Shown here piece after piece: positions 57,088 through 64,000 of a stretch of DNA of 64,000 nucleotides; within the stretch, counting starts at the first letter, position 1, and each line of letters starts with the position of its first letter. The DNA lies in the NCBI GenBank assembly GCA_030427255.1, contig JAUHWY010000018.1, positions 2,359-66,358 of the forward strand. The letters run 5' to 3'. A program made the position numbers and the translations under genes. The notes beneath the pieces are model-generated. The model was not told where the DNA came from. It did no database searches and saw only the letters and a list, made by a program, of their open reading frames with translations. The stretch comes from Bacteroidia bacterium (lineage in GTDB: Bacteria > Bacteroidota > Bacteroidia > CAIKAF01).

Positions 57088-58125
57088 TTAAGAAACCTTA
57101 TTGGGGTGTATCATCGGCATCCGCGCCTGCGCCGTCCAATCCAGCGACCCCTTAGCCCCGCTCCGATATTTCATTAGCCCCGCCATGGCAATCATAGCCG
57201 CATTGTCGGTGCAATAAGCCAATTTGGGGATGTGCAATTCCCAGCCTTTTTCGGTGCAAGCCTCCAGCAAAAAGCCCCGAAGCCCTTTATTGGCCGATAC
57301 CCCGCCTGCCAGCACCACCCGATGCACGCCCGTGGCCTCAACCGCCTCTTGCAGTCCCTTCCACAAAGTGGCAATAATCGCATCCTGATAATCGCGCGCC
57401 AAATCGGCCAAAGCTTGTCCCTCAGGAACCGCTTCCTGCTTTTGCAAGTACTGATACAAACTGGTTTTTAGTCCCGAAAAACTAAAATGCAGCGGTCCGG
57501 CCTTAGGCACAGGGAAGCGATGATTTCCGGGGCGACCTTGCGCGGCCAAGCGATCGATTTCCGGTCCTCCGGGATAGGGCAGCCCCAGCAATTTGGCGGC
57601 CTTGTCAAAGGCTTCGCCGGCGGCGTCGTCCAGGGTTTGACCGAGCAGTTCCAGACGGGTAGGGGAGTGCACCAGCACCAATTGCGTATGCCCCCCCGAC
57701 ACCGTAAGGCTCAGAAAAGGAAAATCGGGAGGATTTTTGCCGCTGATTTCCGCATCCTCAATAAAATGCGCCAGCACATGCGCTTCCATGTGGTGCACAT
57801 CAATAAGCGGAAGATTCAGCGCCAAGCTAAGTCCCTTGGCAAAGGAGCTGCCCACCAGCAGCGAACCCAGCAAACCGGGACCACGGGTGCAGGCAATCAG
57901 TTCCAAATCCTCCAGACGGCATTGCGCTTGCGCCAGGGCCTGATGCACCACCGGCAGAATGTGGCTCATATGGGCACGGGAGGCCAATTCGGGCACCACG
58001 CCACCGTATTGTCGGTGCACCTCCTGATTGGCGGTGACGTTGGCCAGAACGCGCGAGCCACTAAGCACGGCCGCGGAAGTATCGTCGCAGGAGCTTTCGA
58101 TGCCAAGAATAAGCGGTGGGCGCAT
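57088..58125 (-). CDS. tsaD: tRNA N6-adenosine threonylcarbamoyltransferase TsaD
   Basis: ILGIESSCDDTSAAV N-terminus. Conserved His pair and Kae1/TsaD fold length. The last roughly 150 bp are the copy B repeat, and the final 7 codons lie on the islet side. Confidence 0.85.
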   Translation of the reverse strand: MRPPLILGIESSCDDTSAAVLSGSRVLANVTANQEVHRQYGGVVPELASRAHMSHILPVVHQALAQAQCRLEDLELIACTRGPGLLGSLLVGSSFAKGLSLALNLPLIDVHHMEAHVLAHFIEDAEISGKNPPDFPFLSLTVSGGHTQLVLVHSPTRLELLGQTLDDAAGEAFDKAAKLLGLPYPGGPEIDRLAAQGRPGNHRFPVPKAGPLHFSFSGLKTSLYQYLQKQEAVPEGQALADLARDYQDAIIATLWKGLQEAVEATGVHRVVLAGGVSANKGLRGFLLEACTEKGWELHIPKLAYCTDNAAMIAMAGLMKYRSGAKGSLDWTAQARMPMIHPNKVS

Positions 58126-58146
58126 GGCGCAAAGGTAGGATATCTT

Positions 58147-58640
58147 GGAATGATGAATGATGGATGATGAATGATGAGTGATGAATGATGAGGTAAAGAC
58201 GCAACATCTTGCGTCTCATGCGTCTCATGCGTCTCCACCCCCCAGTAACGACGCAACATCTTACGTCTTATGCGTCTCATGCGTCCCAAACGGCGCTTCT
58301 TGGGCCTTCCTTCCATAGGAAACCTAAGTTCCATATCCGCCCCTTTTCATCGGTCAGGCCCCGCCCCAAGCAAGCCGATCTAGGGCTCCGGTGGTTCCGC
58401 AAAGCTACACCTCCTCGCCCAAGTTCGGCTAGCCTGGGTCAGGGCGGCTTACAGCCCTGACCCTAGCGTCAGGGGCCCTCTGTGGGGGGCGGGAGGCGCA
58501 ACAAAAGGGCGTAGTGACGCATTGCCATGCGTCTACAGCAAGAGGGTAGCGACGCAAAATGTTGCATAATGGTGTTGTGGTTTATGGAGACGCAAAGTAT
58601 TGCGTCTTTACATCATTCATCATTAACCATTCATGATTAA
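58147..58640. mobile_element. MITE-like composite element with inverted termini (heptamer array plus GACGCAA hairpin units at both ends, in opposite orientation, flanking a GC-rich palindromic core)
   Basis: Left end 58147-58285 is GAATGATG array then GGTAAAGACGCAACATCTTGCGTCTCA. Right end 58587-58640 is GAGACGCAAAGTATTGCGTCTTTACATCATTCATCATT, the reverse complement of the same module. The core 58286-58560 contains GCTCCGGTGGTTCCGCAAAGCT, the inverted form of a block shared with other cores. Confidence 0.6.
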
Positions 58641-58687
58641 CCATTCCCTATACGTACTTTTGTTCCTTATTCTGCGTTGGGCACCTA

Positions 58688-61600
58688 ATGACATCGACCG
58701 AAGCTCCGAATCCTACTCCTGCTGCGGCTCCAAAAAAGGGCCGGTTCTTTCGGCGTGTCGGTCGCATTTTTCTCGGTTTTTTTCTCTTTTTGCTTAGCCT
58801 GCTTGTGGCGCTGCAACTGCCTTTTGTGCAATCTTGGTTGGGTAGCTTGGCTGCCGATTGGCTCAGCAATAAAACGGGACACGAGGTGCGGGTAGAAGCA
58901 CTTCATATCGATTTCTTGGACTTGGCGGTCGATTTAAAGGGCCTGTATTTGGGGGATTTGCATGGCGATACGCTGATCTTTGCAGAGAATCTACATGCGG
59001 TTTTGGGAGAGGTGCAACAGGAACGCCGCGCTATTGTCATTGACGAAGTGGCGCTCGAAAACGGGGGGATTTTTTTGGTGAAGTATCCCGGGGAATCCGG
59101 AATGAACCTCGATACTTTTTTGGCAAGGCTTAAACCTGAGCAGCCCGATACCCTTTCCACCGCCGAGCCTTGGATTATAGAGTTTGACAAGGTGCGCTTG
59201 GATCGCGCCTCTTTTCGCCTTCAAAATCCGGAAATTACCGGTACCGAGGCCGCGTTTCAGCCCTCCGATATCGGCCTGAGCGATATTTCGGTGACGGTGC
59301 ATAGTTTTCATGTGCGGCAGGATACGGTCATGATGCATGTGGATTCACTGGTGGCTCGAGATAAGGGGGGCGCTCAACTCCGGGCACTAAGTGGAGATTT
59401 CTTGTATTGCAAGCATCAATTGAGTTTGGAGGATTTTTCCCTCAGTACGGGACGAAGCACCATCCGTGGCTTTATGTCCATGAGTTTTGAGGACCCCAGC
59501 GCCTTTCAACATTTTGAAGAAAAGGTGGATTTGCATGCTCAACTGGCCCTTTCCAATGTGCACATGGGCGATATTGCTTGGTTTGCGCCGGGATTGCGGG
59601 GCTTGGAAAGCAGCTTTAGAATCCGCGGGAAAATCAAAGGCCAACTCAACAATTTAAGGGCCGAGGGTTTGCGGATTTTGTTTGGTTCGGTAACCCAGCT
59701 CGATGGACGTTTGCACCTAAAGGGCCTGCCGGATATCCAAAATACGCACATGGATATCGATTTGGACCGCATGGTGACCAATGGCTACGATTTGGAGCGG
59801 ATTCCCTTGCCTCCATTTCCTGAACAACGCTATGTGCAGGTGCCTGCCGAGCTCAAACGCTTGGGCGTACTTAAGTTTAATGGTCATTTTGATGGCTATT
59901 TGCGCGATTTCAATGCTTTTGGGCAGCTGCAAACCGGTTTGGGCAGTGCTTCGCTCGATGTGCATATGGTGCAACCTGCCAAGGGGCTTCCTTATTATGA
60001 GGGTTTTGTGGACTTAAAAAAGTTTCAGGCCGGAGCATTGGCCGGAAAGCAATTGGGTTTGGGTATGGTAAGCGCCTCCGGCGAAATTCGCGGCGAAGGT
60101 TTTTCCGGCGAAGACTTTTTTGCCGCTTTTGATGGGGGAGTAAGTCTTTTGGAAATTAACGGATATACCTATCAAGGCTTGGTGGTTAATGCCGATGTGG
60201 GGCCGGGGGTGTTTACCGGAAGGGTTTTGGTGGACGATCCCAACGCCAAACTGGACTTTAACGGCCGCATCGATTTCAGTCAAGAAAAACCCTCCTTTGA
60301 CTTTATTGCCCGGCTTAGCGAAGTGGATTTGGGTCGTTTGAACGTAATTGCTTTGGACAGCAGCAGCAGCTTGTCTACCAATATATACATAAACGCCAGC
60401 GGAGACGAACCCGACAACATCATGGGAAGTTTAAGGGTAGACAACACCCGCTTTTCCTTAGGCAGCCGGGAGTACCAAATGGATGAGCTTACCCTCAGTT
60501 CCGAGTTGCTTCCGGAGGGAAAAACCTTGTCCTTGCATTCCGACTTTATCGATGCTGATGTTGATGGACAGTACCGCTTTGTGCCCTTGTTTCAACATTT
60601 AGGCAATCAGTTGGCCGCCATAAATCCGTCTTCTGGTTTAGAAAAGGTTGAGATATTGGACAGTTTGCCGCAGAATTTTACTTTTTCGGTGCACTTAAAA
60701 GAGACTGCTGCGCTTACCGATTTGTTTGTGCCAGGCTTGTCCATTCATCCCAATTCCATAGCCTACGGCCAATACAACAGCGCAGCGCGCGACATACGCC
60801 TAAACCTGCGCAGCGGCAAAGTGCAATGGAAGCAATGGGAACTGGACAGCTGGACACTTAGGGCCGATACCCGCAACGATTCCCTTACCGTTCAAACACG
60901 GGTGGCGCATGTGCGCATGAACGATAGTTTGCAGTTGGACCGTTTTATGGGTAGGGTGCAGTGGTTGCGCGATACCTTAGTATTTGATTTAGGCTTCAGC
61001 AACGAAACCGCCAAGCTCAATGCCTTGAGTTTGCATGGTACCACGCGTCTTGGCGACAGCCTGGGCTTGCCTGTGGAGCTAAGCAATAGTTACGGCTATT
61101 ATCAAGACGGTTTATGGCGGCTGCAAGATGGGGCTTTTGTGTTGTTGGGCGCCGACCGCCTAGCCTTTAGAGATTTTAAGGTGGAATCAGAGCAGCATAA
61201 GCTACCACTGCTCAGTATTTCCGGAGCCGCAGGGTTAAACGAGAAGGAAAAGCTGGACATTTCCTTTGCCGATTTCCCGGTGGCCTTGTTGGGAGAATTT
61301 ATTCCGGGCGGAGGATTGGAGCCTTCCGGGAATTTATCGGGAACGCTCTCGCTATATCGGCTGTTCTCCGAAGAAATGCCCCTAATGACTTCCAACCTAA
61401 AGATTGATGATTTAAGCATGAATGGTCTTGCCCTAGGAAAGCTTAGCGTGGACAGCCGCTTTGGAGCCGAGGGCAAAGTATTGGAAATTGGCGCACTTCT
61501 GCAAAAAGATGGTGTGGATTTGCTTAAAATTTCCAACAGCAAGGTGCGGCCTTTTGAGCCGGAGCAGCTTTTAGATATTGAAGCCAATATAGAGGGCTTG

Positions 61601-63448
61601 CCTTTGGAAACCATAAAGCCCTTTGCCGGTGATTTATTCAAAAGCCTTTCCGGAAAAGCCTCCGGGCGCTTGTTGGTGAAGGGCAGCGGCGACAATCCCC
61701 AAATCAATGGTGCCCTGTATTTGACCAAGCCTCAAATGAACTTGGCCTTTTTAAACAGCCCCATGAAGCTGGATTTAAAAGGCGAGCCTATTTTGTTTAC
61801 CAGCCATTCCATCATTTTGCCGGACATCCGTATTACCGACAGCAAAGAAGGTTCCGCTCACTTGATTGGTGTATTGTTTCATAGAAACTTCGCCGATTTA
61901 GAAATGCGCCTGAACTTGGACCGGATTAAGAATTTCCAAGCCATGGCCACCACGGTGAAAGACAACGAACAGTTTTACGGCAAGGCCGTGGTAACCAGTC
62001 AAGATCTGGTCCCCAAAGGCAATGGTAGAGCAGTGGAAATCAGCGGTCCTCTCAACGATTTGTACATCAAAGCCAATTTGGAGGTGGGGGCAGGTACGTC
62101 CATCAATCTACCCATATCGGGCGGGGCAACGGCCCAGGAAAACAACTTTGTACGCTTTGTAGACCGCGACAGCATGCAAATCAAAGGCAAGCTTGGCGGA
62201 AATCAAGCCAATGGGGCGGAGGCCGATGAAGGAAACCTTACCATTGAGCTGCATTTGCGCACGACCGCAGATGCGGAATACCGCGTAATTTTTGATGAAA
62301 CCGTGGGCGACGTACTCACCGCAAGAGGCACTTCCGACCATTTGGCCATTACCTTAGACATGAAGGACCGTTTTGAAATGGACGGTACCTTTACCATTGC
62401 CAAGGGCGATTATCTGTTTACCCTTTCCAACCTGGTCAATAAGCCGTTTATCATTAAACCCGGCAGTTTTGTTACCTGGAGCGGAGACCCGCTTGAGGCC
62501 CAAATCAATGCCACGGCCATTCATCCGGCGCGGGCTTCTTTGTATCCTTTGGTATCGCCTTTTACCAGCGATCCTGCTCAAGCCGAACGCTACCGCAGAG
62601 CCAGCAGGATATTTTGCGAACTTAATTTGACCGACCGATTGATTGACCCGCGCATTGGTTTTGGTCTTTCCCTTCCCGACGAGGACGAGAGCACCCGTGC
62701 GTTGGTGCGTTCGGTCATGAATTCGGAAGAAGAGGTCAATCGCCAGGTGTTTTCGCTATTGATCATCAATTCGTTTTTGCCACCGGAGTCCATTGGTTCC
62801 GGAGGTTTGGGCGGTGGTGCCTTGGCGGCCTCAGGTTTGGGAAGCAACTCTTTGAGCTTGTTGAGTGGTCAACTGAACAATTGGTTGGGAAAATTCACCA
62901 AGGATGTGAACATCAATTTGGATTACCAGGCAGGCGAACAAAACCGTGCCGAGCGGGTGATGGTAGGTTTGCAAACTCAGCTGTTCGACAACCGGGTAAT
63001 CATCGATACCGACCTTGGCGTGGGTGGGGGCGATCAAAGTCAAGCCGACAATACCAATACGGTAGTTGGAAACGTAAATGTGGAGGTAAAAGCCACCGAG
63101 GACGGACGTTTGAGGATTCGGGCCTTTAATCGAAGCAACGAATACAACCTGCTTAAAAACAGTGTGCCTTATACCCAAGGGGTGGGCTTGAGTTATCAGC
63201 GAGAGTTTGATGCATGGTCCGATTTGTTTAGGCCATCCAAAACCAAGGACAGCCTAAAGGTTAGACCGCCGGATGGCACCGAAAAGCAAGAAACAGAGCA
63301 ACAACCCGAACTCATCAACGATTCGGATCCGGAATATTTGCAGCAGCAGAAAGGAGCCTTTGATGGAGATGGGAATGCGCCAACGCCGCCTCCAAATCCG
63401 CCGCCATCTAAGGGTATTTTGGTTCCGGATCCTACGGATATGGACTAG
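58688..63448 (+). CDS. tamB: Translocation and assembly module protein TamB (AsmA-like, DUF490 C-terminus)
   Basis: 1586 aa. N-terminal signal-anchor. Long beta-rich repetitive body. Conserved TamB C-terminal domain. Confidence 0.8.
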   Translation: MTSTEAPNPTPAAAPKKGRFFRRVGRIFLGFFLFLLSLLVALQLPFVQSWLGSLAADWLSNKTGHEVRVEALHIDFLDLAVDLKGLYLGDLHGDTLIFAENLHAVLGEVQQERRAIVIDEVALENGGIFLVKYPGESGMNLDTFLARLKPEQPDTLSTAEPWIIEFDKVRLDRASFRLQNPEITGTEAAFQPSDIGLSDISVTVHSFHVRQDTVMMHVDSLVARDKGGAQLRALSGDFLYCKHQLSLEDFSLSTGRSTIRGFMSMSFEDPSAFQHFEEKVDLHAQLALSNVHMGDIAWFAPGLRGLESSFRIRGKIKGQLNNLRAEGLRILFGSVTQLDGRLHLKGLPDIQNTHMDIDLDRMVTNGYDLERIPLPPFPEQRYVQVPAELKRLGVLKFNGHFDGYLRDFNAFGQLQTGLGSASLDVHMVQPAKGLPYYEGFVDLKKFQAGALAGKQLGLGMVSASGEIRGEGFSGEDFFAAFDGGVSLLEINGYTYQGLVVNADVGPGVFTGRVLVDDPNAKLDFNGRIDFSQEKPSFDFIARLSEVDLGRLNVIALDSSSSLSTNIYINASGDEPDNIMGSLRVDNTRFSLGSREYQMDELTLSSELLPEGKTLSLHSDFIDADVDGQYRFVPLFQHLGNQLAAINPSSGLEKVEILDSLPQNFTFSVHLKETAALTDLFVPGLSIHPNSIAYGQYNSAARDIRLNLRSGKVQWKQWELDSWTLRADTRNDSLTVQTRVAHVRMNDSLQLDRFMGRVQWLRDTLVFDLGFSNETAKLNALSLHGTTRLGDSLGLPVELSNSYGYYQDGLWRLQDGAFVLLGADRLAFRDFKVESEQHKLPLLSISGAAGLNEKEKLDISFADFPVALLGEFIPGGGLEPSGNLSGTLSLYRLFSEEMPLMTSNLKIDDLSMNGLALGKLSVDSRFGAEGKVLEIGALLQKDGVDLLKISNSKVRPFEPEQLLDIEANIEGLPLETIKPFAGDLFKSLSGKASGRLLVKGSGDNPQINGALYLTKPQMNLAFLNSPMKLDLKGEPILFTSHSIILPDIRITDSKEGSAHLIGVLFHRNFADLEMRLNLDRIKNFQAMATTVKDNEQFYGKAVVTSQDLVPKGNGRAVEISGPLNDLYIKANLEVGAGTSINLPISGGATAQENNFVRFVDRDSMQIKGKLGGNQANGAEADEGNLTIELHLRTTADAEYRVIFDETVGDVLTARGTSDHLAITLDMKDRFEMDGTFTIAKGDYLFTLSNLVNKPFIIKPGSFVTWSGDPLEAQINATAIHPARASLYPLVSPFTSDPAQAERYRRASRIFCELNLTDRLIDPRIGFGLSLPDEDESTRALVRSVMNSEEEVNRQVFSLLIINSFLPPESIGSGGLGGGALAASGLGSNSLSLLSGQLNNWLGKFTKDVNINLDYQAGEQNRAERVMVGLQTQLFDNRVIIDTDLGVGGGDQSQADNTNTVVGNVNVEVKATEDGRLRIRAFNRSNEYNLLKNSVPYTQGVGLSYQREFDAWSDLFRPSKTKDSLKVRPPDGTEKQETEQQPELINDSDPEYLQQQKGAFDGDGNAPTPPPNPPPSKGILVPDPTDMD

Positions 63449-63840
63449 GGTGAATGATGAATGGTGAATGATGAATGGTGAATGATGAATGATGAATGGT
63501 GAATGATGAATGGTGAATGATGAATGGTGAATGGTGAATGATGAATGGTGAATGATGAATGGTGAATGATGAATGGTGAATGATGAATGGTGAATGATGA
63601 ATGGTGAATGATGAATGATGAATGGTGAATGATGAATGATGAATGATGAATGATTAGGGGTGAGGTAAAGACGCAACATCTTGCGTCTCATTAGGGGTGA
63701 GGTAAAGACGGGGTGCCTCGCGTCTCATTAGGGGTGAGGTAATGACGGGATGCCTCGCGTCTCTTAATGATGAATGGTGTATGGTGAATGATGAATGATT
63801 AGGGATGAGGTAAATACGGGATGCCTCCCGTCTCTTAATG
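63449..63840. repeat. (GAATGATGAATGGT)n 14-bp array of about 15 copies, then mixed GACGCAA-type and GACGGGA-type hairpin units each preceded by TTAGGGGTGAGG
   Basis: Starts on the base after the tamB stop. Both hairpin families occur in one array. Confidence 0.85.
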
Positions 63841-64000
63841 ATGAATGGACTCTGCGTGCCCTTACACCGCGACAGCGGTTTCACGCAAAGTCGCCAAGCC
63901 GCAAAGGGGCGTTTGACGGCGCTATCTATTTCACAAATAGTTCCTTCCGCGCTAAAGCCTTTGCGCCTTCGCGTTTCTGCATGCCAATGCTTCCGCGCTA
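63841..64000. repeat. GC-rich core element, truncated by the window end
   Basis: Shares TTCCGCGCTAAAGCCTTTGCGCC and TCTGCATGCCAAT blocks with 55758-55800. Confidence 0.5.

Noticed and set aside
58209-58460. 83-aa ORF within the GC-rich core of the 58147-58640 element
   Set aside because: It lies entirely within a palindromic repeat core. There is no start context or motif, and similar cores elsewhere lack a conserved ORF.
63254-63884. ORFs 63254..63691(-) and 63654..63884(-) with HHSPFIIHH repeats
   Set aside because: Artefacts of translating the GAATGATGAATGGT array and hairpin units.
1-64000. Scan for tRNA, rRNA and tmRNA genes (T-loop GGTTCGAATCC-like motifs, tmRNA tag region)
   Set aside because: By eye I found no convincing cloverleaf or T-loop consensus outside coding regions. 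The only TCGAATCC occurrence is inside uvrA. A tRNAscan-type search would be needed to be certain.

Overview
This 64-kb window looks like a Bacteroidota chromosome segment (Cytophagia/Saprospiria-like, about 48-50% GC). TamB, Wza/Wzc and PKD-domain proteins fit that assignment. Most genes are housekeeping or envelope functions.

Annotated content, in order along the window:
- A polyamine pair: a biosynthetic arginine decarboxylase and an arginase-family enzyme.
- A metallophosphoesterase gene split by a roughly 145-bp element with terminal inverted repeats.
- Two paralogous secreted proteins with a PKD domain and a glycine-rich C-terminal region.
- An arsenic operon on the minus strand: arsR, arsM, LMW-PTP-type arsC and ACR3.
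- A lipid/ribosome cluster: yceD, rpmF, plsX, fabH.
- pdxA, pepA and cdd.
- pdhA followed by the E2 acetyltransferase and a TatA/B-family gene.
- argS, a nitroreductase, a thioredoxin-like gene and pabA/trpG.
- An M61 peptidase, lpdA and asnB.
- An exopolysaccharide locus: GT4 glycosyltransferase, Wza, Wzc with a (GY)9 tail, RmlC and a WecA-like transferase.
- uvrA, a LOG-family gene, radC and wecB.
- An Hpt-domain gene with a sigma-54-dependent response regulator.
- miaE, an OstA-like gene, purA and a STAS-domain gene.
- relA/spoT, fur, tsaD and tamB.

Three things stand out:
1. A 1.2-kb AT-rich islet sits at the 3-prime end of tsaD. It is bounded by about 147-bp direct repeats that duplicate the tsaD 3-prime end, and it carries one orphan, extended RES-domain-like gene with no integrase and no Xre-type partner.
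2. A modular repeat family recurs in intergenic regions: AATGATG heptamer arrays, then tandem GGTAAAGACG-hairpin-CGTCTC units, then long GC-rich imperfect palindromic cores. One tandem array has eleven 37-bp units. One copy has an inverted-terminal arrangement. Both ends of tamB and both PKD/Gly-rich paralogs abut these modules.
3. The metallophosphoesterase is interrupted by a MITE-like element, and a diverged remnant of the same element lies upstream of miaE.
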